Shown here: positions 39,961 to 49,863 of the stretch, piece after piece | Numbering within the stretch: position 1 is the stretch's first letter | How the letters are laid out: each line of letters starts with the position of its first letter | NCBI GenBank assembly: GCA_963826715.1 | Contig: CAWGYA010000002.1 | Span: forward strand, 448,001-512,000 | Length of the DNA: 64,000 bases | Source of the DNA: Candidatus Bathyarchaeota archaeon | Lineage (GTDB): Archaea; Thermoproteota; Bathyarchaeia; Bathyarchaeales; Bathycorpusculaceae | Direction: 5' to 3' | The notes under the pieces: model-generated | Told to the model about the DNA's origin: nothing | Seen by the model: the letters and a program-made list of their open reading frames with translations, nothing else | The model's database searches: none | Program-made: the position numbers and the translations under genes

Positions 39961-39978
39961 CCACTACACCACCGGGCT
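39906..39978 (-). tRNA. tRNA-Gln(TTG)
   Basis: AGCCCGG acceptor stem, anticodon loop CTTTGGA, T-loop GTTCGAATC; no encoded CCA. Confidence 0.95.
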
Positions 39979-40086
39979 GCAATTGTTTCTTTATCTAACC
40001 GTTATTTATGGTTAGAGGTTAAAGGGCATCATTTTGCTTAATAAGCGTTCTTGCATTTTCAAGCTTAAGTTTTCGATACAGAGTCA

Positions 40087-41163
40087 TTAACCGATGAGCT
40101 TTTTTATAACTGGCACCCTCTTGAGCGGCACAATCACAGCCAGACATATCAACAGCGAAATCAAAGCCATCAGAGGAACTCCCACAATCGAATTCAAAGT
40201 GTTCCCGTTTAAAGTAACTCCTAAGTAACCATTCTGAAATGCCACAATTACCATCATATGGAATAAGTATATGGCTAGAGTGTTGGCACTTATTATTGCA
40301 AGCAGCCTTTTTCGCCACGAAGGCGCCTCTGAAGCAGAAACTGCAGGTGGTTTAATGGTGTTTAGCAAAAGGAAGAAAGCAACTGACGAGAGAATCATAG
40401 TTGGGCTTAGATATTCTTGGAAAAAGTAGGTTTCCCCACCGCCCACGGTACGGGCTAGCTGGAACGTACCCAAAGCTGTTAAAAATATCCCTAAAGATAG
40501 TAACGCAACCAAATACTTACGAGGAATTCGCACATTAACAAAGTACGCCCCCAAAACAAAGTAGCCCATATAGCCAGGAATCGAGAATAAGTTGCTATTG
40601 AATTGGTAGTTGCTAACTAAACCAATGAGAGGAACCAAAGCGGAACCGATAAACCAAATTATCATGAAGTACTTGAAGAGGTTCTTTGACATATGAGAAA
40701 CCATCAACCGCAGCATAGGAGTTAGCAAATACAAGCCCATCAACATATAGAGATACCAAAATTGGAAATAGGGTCCAGTTAATACGCCTTGAACCACAAA
40801 TGTCTGTGTAACCTGTTGATTTTCAACGTAAACATCCCATAGGAAATACGCTAAACCCCAAAACAGAAAAGGCAATCCAATCCGTGAAAAGCGTTTCTTA
40901 AAAAACATACCCAACCCTTCATCCTTGCCTGGTGCGAGTAAAAGCGCACCTGAAAGCATAACAAACAACGGGACGCCCATGCGCCCCACGGTTTGATAGA
41001 TATCGACAATTAACCAGCGCCAAATCTCCAAGTTGCCAAGAACTTGGATTGTTAAGTCATTGGCCGAGTGTAATAGCAGCACACCCAATATGGCTACTGT
41101 TCTTATCAAATCTACGGGAATTGTCTCATTTTCTCGATTCAACGGCTTCGACCTAAGGTACAC
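40087..41163 (-). CDS. Acyltransferase family 3 membrane protein
   Basis: DLIRTVAILGVLLLH, VPLFVMLSGALLL, KRFSRI, FWYLY. Confidence 0.85.
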   Translation of the reverse strand: MYLRSKPLNRENETIPVDLIRTVAILGVLLLHSANDLTIQVLGNLEIWRWLIVDIYQTVGRMGVPLFVMLSGALLLAPGKDEGLGMFFKKRFSRIGLPFLFWGLAYFLWDVYVENQQVTQTFVVQGVLTGPYFQFWYLYMLMGLYLLTPMLRLMVSHMSKNLFKYFMIIWFIGSALVPLIGLVSNYQFNSNLFSIPGYMGYFVLGAYFVNVRIPRKYLVALLSLGIFLTALGTFQLARTVGGGETYFFQEYLSPTMILSSVAFFLLLNTIKPPAVSASEAPSWRKRLLAIISANTLAIYLFHMMVIVAFQNGYLGVTLNGNTLNSIVGVPLMALISLLICLAVIVPLKRVPVIKKLIG

Positions 41164-41453
41164 TTAACGACATATAGAGGCTTTGAGAAAATTAACTTTG
41201 CGGATGATTCATGACTATGTGAAAACACTAACTATCGGTTCGTCAGCTTTTACATTTTTATACATTATTTTCCATGCCCTATAGCAGTAGATTTAGATCA
41301 ATTAGAAGGTATTATGTGCAATAGATTTAATAAACCACAAAGCTTAAATAATACGTCTGTTCATCTGCTTAGTTTGCGCGGGCCGAATGTACTATTTTCT
41401 AGCCAGATTGGCCTAAGGTGACGGTTCTACGCACATTAACGAGGTAAATAGAA

Positions 41454-42398
41454 ATGAGTGTAAAAAAAGAAGCACCCAGAACAAGTCAACGTCAGGCTGA
41501 TAAATGCTCCGAATGCGGAGGCGTAAACCTGGTTCATGATTACGACACTGGAGAAACCGTATGCGGCGACTGTGGGTTGGTCCTCTACGAGCAGATGATG
41601 GATAAAGGACCTGAATGGCGAGCCTTCACTCAAGAAGAGAAAGCCTCCAGAAGCCGTGTGGGCGTGCCCACTTCATACTCAGTCCACGATAAAGGATTAT
41701 CCACAGCAATTAGCCAAGTCGATCGCGATGCCTTCGGCAGAAAGCTACCACTTTCCACGAGGCTACAAATGTGGCGTCTGCGTAAATGGCAAATTAGGAG
41801 CCGTGTACACTCCTCAGTTGACCGCAACCTAGCCCAAGCCATGGCTGAGCTTGATCGTTTATCTGACAAAGTCTATATTCCGCCGCCAATAAAAGAAAAA
41901 GCTGCTGTAGTTTACCGTAAGGCCCTTGACAAGGGTTTAGTTCGAGGGCGTTCAATAGCGGCTATAGCGGCTGCTGCGTTATATGCAGCTTGCCGTGGAA
42001 GCGGAACTCCGCGAACGCTACGAGAGATTGCAGAAGCCAGTTTGGTCGACAAAAAAGATGTAGCTAGATGTTATCGGTTACTACTCCGTGAGTTAGATGT
42101 TCATATGCCCATAGCTGATCCACTCACCTACGTTTCTAAAATTGCTGAAAAAACAGGTATTTCTGGAAAAACCCAAGGCGCTGCTATCAACATTCTACGC
42201 GAGGCAAGGCGAAAACGTGCTGCAGCCGGTAAAGACCCCATGGGATTAGCTGCAGCAGCTCTCTACATCGCTTGTTTACAGAATAACGAGAAAAAGACGC
42301 AGAAAGACATTGCAGAAGCTGCGGGAGTAACTGAAGTAACAGTGCGAAACCGCTATAAAACACTCAAAAAACAATTGAACCTTGAATTGCCCGATTAG
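41454..42398 (+). CDS. tfb: Transcription initiation factor IIB
   Basis: Zn ribbon CSEC...CGDCG, GPEWRAF B-reader, two cyclin repeats, GVTEVTVRNRYK. Confidence 0.97.
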   Translation: MSVKKEAPRTSQRQADKCSECGGVNLVHDYDTGETVCGDCGLVLYEQMMDKGPEWRAFTQEEKASRSRVGVPTSYSVHDKGLSTAISQVDRDAFGRKLPLSTRLQMWRLRKWQIRSRVHSSVDRNLAQAMAELDRLSDKVYIPPPIKEKAAVVYRKALDKGLVRGRSIAAIAAAALYAACRGSGTPRTLREIAEASLVDKKDVARCYRLLLRELDVHMPIADPLTYVSKIAEKTGISGKTQGAAINILREARRKRAAAGKDPMGLAAAALYIACLQNNEKKTQKDIAEAAGVTEVTVRNRYKTLKKQLNLELPD

Positions 42399-42646
42399 GG
42401 CTCTTTCTTTTCTATTTGAGAATCAGGGTTTTCTTTTTTAGTTTGTTCTTCTTCGGGCTCCAATTCCATAACAAGAATGCCATGGTAACCACAACTCTCA
42501 CAATAATACTGTTTAGGCGTCAACCATACGTCTAGGCTACTGTTGAGTTGTATTTTTGGGCTGCAACATCTGGGACAAAAAATTTGGGTAGGTTTTCTGC
42601 GTTTGGTGTTTCTCAGAATATCGCGTATACCATCTATCTTATTCAT
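42395..42646 (-). CDS. Small zinc-ribbon protein
   Basis: CPRC...YYCESCGY. Confidence 0.7.
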   Translation of the reverse strand: MNKIDGIRDILRNTKRRKPTQIFCPRCCSPKIQLNSSLDVWLTPKQYYCESCGYHGILVMELEPEEEQTKKENPDSQIEKKEP

Positions 42647-42681
42647 TTAGGAAGAATACACCTTGCTTGGTTGCTTCGCGG

Positions 42682-42990
42682 TTATTGCAGCTCGATGTTT
42701 TCTTGTGGATACCCGATTTTAATGAGAAATTCCTTCACTCGGTCGCGATGGTCGCCTTGTAACATGATTTGCCCGTTTTTATGAGTTCCACCACAAGCGC
42801 AGTAGGTTTTAAGTTTCTGGGCGATGTTTTGCAGGTTAGTGTTTTTATCGTCCATGCCGTCAATTATGGTGGTTGCTTTACCGAATTTTCGGGTTTCAAG
42901 GCGTATGCGTATCCGTTGTTGTTCTTTCTCTATTTCTCCACAAACGCATAGGTCCTTTGGTAATCCGCATGTTGAACAAACTTCAGCCAT
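42682..42990 (-). CDS. Translation initiation factor aIF1 (SUI1/YciH family)
   Basis: CSTCGLPKDLCVC, KLKTYCACGGT, LQGDHRD. Confidence 0.93.
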   Translation of the reverse strand: MAEVCSTCGLPKDLCVCGEIEKEQQRIRIRLETRKFGKATTIIDGMDDKNTNLQNIAQKLKTYCACGGTHKNGQIMLQGDHRDRVKEFLIKIGYPQENIELQ

Positions 42991-43499
42991 GACACTCAAC
43001 AGAGAAATTATCAAATGACGTATATAAGAGTTTCAAGAAGCAAAAATAGATCTTCAGGATTTGTTTTCGGGAAATTTCTTGTTTCTTAGAACTATTGTTA
43101 CTTTCCTTGCAGGTTCTGCCTCAAATAAAGTGTTTCAAGAAAAATTTGATTGTAAGGGTCAATTAGTAAATTCTATTAAATATCTAACTGATTCCAGACG
43201 AGGTTAGGATAGAAGCAGATTTGATTTAGACAATATGAGCTATCCATTATTTCGTCCATCGCACAGAAGGAGCTTGTTATTTTAGGTAAGCTTAGTATGG
43301 TTATTTCAAATGAGTTTTTTCCTTGAATATAGAATGAGGGTGTTTTATGTGTTTACACAATAAAAATGGGGAATCTTTGATCAAAAAATAAAAACCTCTT
43401 TCCTAATTTTAAATCAATACAGAATCCCTTACCGCGACTCGAAAATAATTTATGGAAGACAAAGACAAATTAAAAAAAAATATAAGACTTTATTGAAAA

Positions 43500-46340
43500 T
43501 TAATTGGTCGAAGATTCTGGATTTTCCTTAATCACTGCTTTTGCTTCAATTATTGGAACTTCTATGCTTGTTGCTTTCGATTTAGGTTGCTTTGGCGACT
43601 CAACTACTGGTTTAGCCCGATTCACATCTACGCAACGAGAATCATTGTCTTCTTCTTTGAGGTTAAGGTTTCCTTTGACTGTACCGTCGCTGAGATATTC
43701 GATGCTAAAGCCCATTTTTTTGGTTAAACTGAGTGCTCTATAGTTGTCCTGTAACATTATGGCGTAGACACCCTCAACGCCTTTCTCTTTTGAAATGTCT
43801 AAGGTATAGTCAACTATTTTTGTACCCAAGCCTAAGCCCTGCCAGTAATCACTAACAATAAACGCCATTTCACCATGTTTGCCATCAGATTCAATACTCA
43901 GCCGACTAACACCTAGGATTTTGCGTTTGCCGTTCTCTTCAATTTCTGCGACGATAGCTACTTCACGGTCGTAGTCAATGTTGCAGTAGCGTACCCTGAC
44001 CTCGTGGGGTGTGTCTTTAAGCATTTGGAAGAAACGGTAGCGAATAGATTCTTCTGAGAGACTCTGGAACCACTCAAGCCACATGGGTTCATCTTCAGGT
44101 TTGATGGGCCGCAGCATTATTTCCTGCCCATTTTTAAGCAGCCAGTGGGTTTCGTACTTCTTTGGGTATGGGCTGATAACCATATGTTCGTGAGGTTCGA
44201 ATTTTTTGCAAACGTTCTCTTTGTTTATGACGACTCGGGCGTCAAGAATGACTGCTTCTTTGTCACTGATCAGCAGGGGGTTTATGTCGATTTCTTTTAT
44301 CTGCGGAAAATCTACCAGCAGTTGGCTAAACATTAGAATGGTTTCGTCGAGTTTCTTAAGGTCTACAGGTGTTGAGCCACGATAGCCTTTGAGGAGGCGG
44401 TAAACTTTAGTTTCCTCCATCATACGGTGGATGAGCGTTGTATTTAGTGGTGGAAGCGCAATGGCGTAGTCTTTAAAGAGTTCTACACCGACCCCACCCA
44501 TACCGAAGAGTATGACTGGACCAAAAACAGGATCTGTTTTGCCCCCGATAATGAGTTCCTGCCCTTTTTTGCTAACCATAGGTTGAACTGTTACTCCGAT
44601 GATTTGGGCTTTCGAATTGTAGGCGGTTGCGCGTTGAATGAGAAGCTCAAAGGCTTCACGGACCTCTTTTGCCGAGTTAACGTTTAAGATGACTCCGCCT
44701 GCATCGCTTTTGTGGACGATTTGTGGAGAAAGTATTTTGAGTACAACTGGAAACCCCATCTCTTGCGCAAATGTGACAGCTTCATCGACATTGTTGGCTA
44801 CAGCAGTTTTGACGACTGGGAAATTGTAGTATTTTAGGATTTTTTTAGCTTCATCTTCGGTGAGGATTTCGCGGTCTTCAAAGGCTGCATTACGGATGAT
44901 TGCCATGATGGGTCGTTTTGGCGGAGCAGCATCAACAGGGAGCTCCTCGGGTGTTTCGTAAAGCAATTCGATGTTGCGTTGGTAGTTATACATGTACATG
45001 TAGGTTCTCAGTGCCTGCTCAGGAGTGCTGTAGGTGGGTATGTTGTTGGAATTTAAGATATTGTTAGCTTCCTGCACCGCGCCAAAACCCATAAACGAAG
45101 TTAGGATGGTTTTGTTCTGGTAGGGTTTGTTGCGGACAAGCTCCACGATGCTTTTTGCGATTTCAACTGACTCAGAAACAGCCTGCTGAGTAAAAACAAT
45201 TAATATACCATCAACATTATCGTCGTTTAAAGCTGCATCCATAGCTGCTTTGTAGCGATCAGCCTTCGCATCCCCTAAAACATCAATCGGGTTGCCATGG
45301 CTCCAGAACGGGGGCAAAACAGCATTAAGAGAATCTATGGTTTTCTGACTGATTTTGGCAATTTTGCCGCCTTGAGCAATCAAAGAATCAGTGGCCATGA
45401 CGCCAGGTCCGCCTGCATTAGTAATAATGGCTAAGTTAGGACCCTTGGGCAGCGGTTGTGTACCCAGAACTTCAGCAGCGTTAAATAAATCTGCAATTTC
45501 ACTAACACGAACAACACCTGCCCGTTTAAAGGCTGCATCGTATATGCTATCTTCTCCAGAGAGCGAGCCTGTGTGAGAAGCAGCGGCTTTGGCGCTCTCA
45601 GAGAATTTACCCGATTTAACTACTATAATTGGTTTGGTTCTAGCGAAGTGTCTTGCGGCGCTCATGAACTTACGTGCTTCAGTTATGCCCTCGACATACA
45701 TGAGTATGCTTTTAGTTTTTGGGTCAGCACCGAAGTAATCGATTAAGTCGCCGAAGTCCACGTCAATCATGGAGCCGACGGAAACGAAGTTGCTAAAACC
45801 GATGTTTTCATGAATTGCCCAATCCAAAATTGCTGAACCTAGGGCACCACTTTGAGAGAGAAACGCTATGTTTCCGGCTTTAGGCATTTTATCGAGAAAA
45901 GTTGCGTTGAGGTTTATACGAGGTCGAATAAGGCCTATGCAGTTAGGTCCGATAACTCTTATGCCATTTTGCTTGGCTGCTTGATAGACTTTATCCTCCA
46001 AAGCTTTTCCTTCGGGTCCAGTTTCTTTGAATCCGGCAGAGACTATAATTACGCCTTTTACATGCGCTTTACCGCATTCCACCATGACATCTGGGACAGT
46101 TTTGGCCGGTGTGGCGATGATTGCTAAATCAACAGATTCAGCGATTTGGTCAACTGATGGGTACGTTTTCACGCCTAAAATTTCAGGTTTTCTGACGTTA
46201 ACGAAGTAAATTTTACCTGTGTAGCCCATCTGAGTGAAGTTCTTTACGATGGCATACCCAACTGAGCCTTCTACGTCGCTGGCTCCGATGATAGCAACAC
46301 TTTTAGGATTAAAAATTTTTTCCAGGTTTGTAGTGACCAT
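43500..46340 (-). CDS. ADP-forming acyl-CoA synthetase (alpha+beta) fused to GNAT (Pat-type)
   Basis: CoA-binding IIGAS, GPNC, SQSGA, SHTG, ATP-grasp HKSDAGGV, C-terminal GNAT WQGLGLGT. Confidence 0.9.
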   Translation of the reverse strand: MVTTNLEKIFNPKSVAIIGASDVEGSVGYAIVKNFTQMGYTGKIYFVNVRKPEILGVKTYPSVDQIAESVDLAIIATPAKTVPDVMVECGKAHVKGVIIVSAGFKETGPEGKALEDKVYQAAKQNGIRVIGPNCIGLIRPRINLNATFLDKMPKAGNIAFLSQSGALGSAILDWAIHENIGFSNFVSVGSMIDVDFGDLIDYFGADPKTKSILMYVEGITEARKFMSAARHFARTKPIIVVKSGKFSESAKAAASHTGSLSGEDSIYDAAFKRAGVVRVSEIADLFNAAEVLGTQPLPKGPNLAIITNAGGPGVMATDSLIAQGGKIAKISQKTIDSLNAVLPPFWSHGNPIDVLGDAKADRYKAAMDAALNDDNVDGILIVFTQQAVSESVEIAKSIVELVRNKPYQNKTILTSFMGFGAVQEANNILNSNNIPTYSTPEQALRTYMYMYNYQRNIELLYETPEELPVDAAPPKRPIMAIIRNAAFEDREILTEDEAKKILKYYNFPVVKTAVANNVDEAVTFAQEMGFPVVLKILSPQIVHKSDAGGVILNVNSAKEVREAFELLIQRATAYNSKAQIIGVTVQPMVSKKGQELIIGGKTDPVFGPVILFGMGGVGVELFKDYAIALPPLNTTLIHRMMEETKVYRLLKGYRGSTPVDLKKLDETILMFSQLLVDFPQIKEIDINPLLISDKEAVILDARVVINKENVCKKFEPHEHMVISPYPKKYETHWLLKNGQEIMLRPIKPEDEPMWLEWFQSLSEESIRYRFFQMLKDTPHEVRVRYCNIDYDREVAIVAEIEENGKRKILGVSRLSIESDGKHGEMAFIVSDYWQGLGLGTKIVDYTLDISKEKGVEGVYAIMLQDNYRALSLTKKMGFSIEYLSDGTVKGNLNLKEEDNDSRCVDVNRAKPVVESPKQPKSKATSIEVPIIEAKAVIKENPESSTN

Positions 46341-46488
46341 GCTTTAACCCTCTGCCTTAGGGTCGTATAGTGAGGTAAATTAAAACTTATTGTTCTCGAA
46401 TCGTTATACCTGAGGTTTAACCCTCTCAATTAACTGGAAGCTGCTTTTTATGTTTAATTGAAAGCGGAAGGCAAATTAAAAGAGAAAG

Positions 46489-46935
46489 TCATTTGAAGTC
46501 TTTTTTTATGTCATCAAGTGAAAGAATTTCCACGCCGTTATTCCTAAGCAATTGCTCTGCCTTCTCCGCATTACTGGGACGTAAAATAAACGCTACCTTG
46601 CCTTCAAAATGGACCGCGGAGGAATAAGCATATTCGATGTTTATGCCGTCGTCACCCAAAAGCTTGGTTATCTTTGAGAGCCGTTCGTGGGCGGAGCTGA
46701 AAATCGCAGTGACCTCTGTGTTTTTTTTGGATTTAGCGATATTGAAGCCTGCATTCTCAAGCAACGATGCAGCTTTTGCGGGTTGATCAACTATCATGCG
46801 AACTAAGCCGAATTCACCTGCATCAGCTATGGAAAGTGCGTAAACTTTTATTTTGTTGTTGTCGAGTTGGGACATGGCGTCGAATAGGGAGCCTGGACGG
46901 TTATCGAGAAACACACTAACTTGAGTAATAGGCAA
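46489..46935 (-). CDS. ACT-domain protein (paaK-associated)
   Basis: QVSVFLDNRPGSL, INIEYAY tandem ACT. Confidence 0.85.
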   Translation of the reverse strand: MPITQVSVFLDNRPGSLFDAMSQLDNNKIKVYALSIADAGEFGLVRMIVDQPAKAASLLENAGFNIAKSKKNTEVTAIFSSAHERLSKITKLLGDDGINIEYAYSSAVHFEGKVAFILRPSNAEKAEQLLRNNGVEILSLDDIKKDFK

Positions 46936-47042
46936 ACATTACACCCAGTACTCCGTATATTAAAGTCTATATTTAACTTTAACCAGACAAAATATCCCAC
47001 TATTCTGTTTATTTACCAACATTTATATTTTAACTTGAATAA

Positions 47043-47807
47043 TTGCTTGCTAATCGGAGAAATAGAAACTTGTTAAAGTGCATAGGAGTCTCCAAGCGCT
47101 TCGGGGGGCTTCAAGCTCTAAGAAACGTTGACTTCACCATCAACAGCGGCGAAATAACGGGGCTCGTGGGTCCAAATGGCTCAGGCAAATCCACAATGCT
47201 CAATCTAATCAGCGGTGTCTACAAACCCGATTCAGGACAAATCGTATTCCTCGATGAAGACATAACAAAGCTGCCTCCCTACACAATATGTATCAGGGGA
47301 ATCACTAAAACCGCTCAGACAGTCCAATCCTTCCCAGAAATGACAGCTGCCGAAAACGTACTTACTGCAGCGTTGTTTAATCAGAAAAAAACTAACAAAA
47401 CAGACTCCAGAGCAAAAGCTGAAGAGCTTTTAGAGTTTGTTGGAATTGGCAAAGGAAAATTTGATGTCACAACCAAAAACCTAAACGTTGTTGAGCTTCG
47501 GCGGATTCAACTGGCTAAAGCTCTAGCCACTAATCCCAAGCTGCTTCTCCTTGATGAGTTGCTCACAGGGTTAACGCCTAAGGAATCCGATGAAGCAATT
47601 GCGTTAATCAAACAAATTAACAGACAAGGCATCACCGTACTCATTGTGGAGCATATTATGCGAGTTATCATGGGTCTTTGCGATCGCGTTATAGTCCTTC
47701 AACATGGGGAAAAAATTTGTGAAGGCACTCCTAAACAGGTTTGCACCGATGAGAAGGTTGTTCAGGTTTATTTGGGCAAGCGCTTTACATTTGGAGAAGG
47801 GGAGTGA
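47043..47807 (+). CDS. livG: Branched-chain amino acid-type ABC ATPase
   Basis: FGGLQAL, GPNGSGKS, LLLLDE, VYLG. Confidence 0.88.
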   Translation: MLANRRNRNLLKCIGVSKRFGGLQALRNVDFTINSGEITGLVGPNGSGKSTMLNLISGVYKPDSGQIVFLDEDITKLPPYTICIRGITKTAQTVQSFPEMTAAENVLTAALFNQKKTNKTDSRAKAEELLEFVGIGKGKFDVTTKNLNVVELRRIQLAKALATNPKLLLLDELLTGLTPKESDEAIALIKQINRQGITVLIVEHIMRVIMGLCDRVIVLQHGEKICEGTPKQVCTDEKVVQVYLGKRFTFGEGE

Positions 47808-47814
47808 AAGGAAA

Positions 47815-48519
47815 ATGCTTGAGATAAAAAATGTTTCTGCGTCCTACGGCATGGTCAAGATTCTATATGATGTTAGCTTTAAGGTAGAAAAAGGTGAAAT
47901 CGTTAGCATCATCGGTCCCAATGGTGCAGGCAAAACAACTCTGGTCAAAACCATAATGGGCTTCCTCAAACCTCAAACTGGGAGTATTAAATTCAAAGGG
48001 GAAAACATCGAAAGACTTCCAACTTATGAAATCGTCAAAAAGGGTCTCACGATGATCCCTGAAGGTAGAGAAATCTTTCCCAAAATGACCGTGGAGGAAA
48101 ACTTGATGCTTGGCGCTTATACAATCAATGACAAAGCAAAAATAAAAGAGTCTAAAGAGCGCGTGATGGGAATTTTTTCTGTTTTAAAAAAGAAGGAAAA
48201 AGCTCTTGCACAGACACTTAGTGGTGGAGAGCAACAAATGTTGGTTATTTGCCGAAGTTTAATGTCCAATCCCGAATTGTTGATTCTAGACGAGCCCTCT
48301 TTGGGTTTAGCTCCTATTATCGTTGAGAAAGTCCTTGATACGGTGCGAACCATAAATGAAGAGGGCGTGTCTGTGCTTTTGGTGGAACAGAACATACATG
48401 ATAGTCTCAACGTTGCAAACCGTGGTTATGTTCTCGAGGAAGGGAAGGTTATATTGGAAGGAACGAGTAGGGAACTTTTATCTAATAGCCACATAAAAGA
48501 AGTGTATCTGGGCCTTTAA
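47815..48519 (+). CDS. livF: Branched-chain amino acid-type ABC ATPase
   Basis: GPNGAGKT, PEGREIF, LSGGEQQML, DEPSLGLAP. Confidence 0.9.
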   Translation: MLEIKNVSASYGMVKILYDVSFKVEKGEIVSIIGPNGAGKTTLVKTIMGFLKPQTGSIKFKGENIERLPTYEIVKKGLTMIPEGREIFPKMTVEENLMLGAYTINDKAKIKESKERVMGIFSVLKKKEKALAQTLSGGEQQMLVICRSLMSNPELLILDEPSLGLAPIIVEKVLDTVRTINEEGVSVLLVEQNIHDSLNVANRGYVLEEGKVILEGTSRELLSNSHIKEVYLGL

Positions 48520-48534
48520 AAGAGAGGAATTACC

Positions 48535-49854
48535 TTGGTGGATGGCAGATACTGGAATGAAAAAATCGAAACTATGCCAAGACAGGATATAAAAAATTAT
48601 CAACTGCAAAAACTCAAAGACCAAGTCAAGTATTGTTATGAAAACAGCTCTTTTTACCACAACAAATTCGATGAAATAAGCCTAAAACCTCAAGATATTC
48701 AATCGCTTGATGACCTCCAAAAAATTCCCTTCACAGTTAAAAGCGATTTACGCGATAATTACCCGTTTGGTATGGTCACGGTGAATTCTGATGAAATTGT
48801 TGAAATTCACGCATCTAGCGGAACCACCGGCAATCCGATCGTGGGGGCCTACACGAAAAGCGACCTTGAAATTTGGCAAGAGATAATGGCGCGTTCAATT
48901 TACACGGTCGGAGGTAGATACCAAGATGTCATCCATATTGCCTATGGTTATGGTTTATTCACTGGCGGCTTCGGCTTCCATTACGGTGCCCAGAAAGTGG
49001 GCGCAAAAATCGTGCCTGCCAGTGGCGGAATGACTCAGCGACAAATCAAACTCATGAAAGATTTAGGTGCTACGATTCTCGCATGCACTCCCAGTTTTGC
49101 GGTTTATCTAGCAGAAACTATGGCACAGGAAGGAATTGTTCCAAAAAGAGATCTTAAACTAAGATGTGGCATGTTCGGTGCAGAACCTTGGTCTGATAAA
49201 ATCCGGGAGCGAATCGAGCGAGAGATGAATATCGCAGCTTTTGATATTTATGGTTTAACGGAGCTCTGCGGTCCAGGCGTTTCCATCGAATGCGAACAGC
49301 ATGCGGGACTGCATGTTTGGGAGGATCACTTCATCGTGGAAACCATCAATCCTGATACTGACGAAGTTTTGCTTGAAGGTGAAGAAGGCGAACTTGTCTT
49401 CACCACTCTTACTAGAACAGGGATGCCTATGCTGCGTTATCGCACTCGGGATATCTCTAGAATTGAAACTGCTCCATGTAAATGTGGTCGCACACATGCA
49501 CGAATGAAACGTATTCAGGGCAGATCAGACGATATGCTAATCATCCGGGGTGTCAATGTTTTTCCTTCGCAAATTGAATTCGCAGTTATGTGTTTCTCGG
49601 AACTTGCCACGCAGTACCTAATAGTTATTGACCGCCCAGGAGCTTTGGACACCTTTGTTGTGAAAGTTGAGTTGTCCGAAAAAGCCACACGGGATCCACT
49701 TCTAGACAAAAATGTACTCAAATCAGAGATCCAGAAACGGATTCACATCGTGACAGGTATATCGGCTGAAATTGAAATCGTAAAGCCGGGTGAGCTTCCT
49801 AGAAGCGAGGGCAAAGCTAAGAGAGTTTTGGATTTACGCAAAGGAAAAATGTAA
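48535..49854 (+). CDS. paaK: Phenylacetate-CoA ligase
   Basis: HASSGTTG, YGYGLFTGG, DIYGLTE, RYRTRD, GRSDDMLIIRGVNVFPSQIE. Confidence 0.92.
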   Translation: MVDGRYWNEKIETMPRQDIKNYQLQKLKDQVKYCYENSSFYHNKFDEISLKPQDIQSLDDLQKIPFTVKSDLRDNYPFGMVTVNSDEIVEIHASSGTTGNPIVGAYTKSDLEIWQEIMARSIYTVGGRYQDVIHIAYGYGLFTGGFGFHYGAQKVGAKIVPASGGMTQRQIKLMKDLGATILACTPSFAVYLAETMAQEGIVPKRDLKLRCGMFGAEPWSDKIRERIEREMNIAAFDIYGLTELCGPGVSIECEQHAGLHVWEDHFIVETINPDTDEVLLEGEEGELVFTTLTRTGMPMLRYRTRDISRIETAPCKCGRTHARMKRIQGRSDDMLIIRGVNVFPSQIEFAVMCFSELATQYLIVIDRPGALDTFVVKVELSEKATRDPLLDKNVLKSEIQKRIHIVTGISAEIEIVKPGELPRSEGKAKRVLDLRKGKM

Positions 49855-49863
49855 GGATGTACA

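Noticed and set aside
40019-40318. 99-aa ORF next to tRNA-Gln
   Set aside because: Alternative frame overlapping the acyltransferase 3' end; no motif
42682-42990. Link between aIF1 and the island's non-canonical starts
   Set aside because: aIF1 is an ordinary host gene outside the att sites; proximity is probably coincidental
43015-43499. Possible ncRNA in an AT-rich intergenic gap
   Set aside because: No convincing structure or repeat seen
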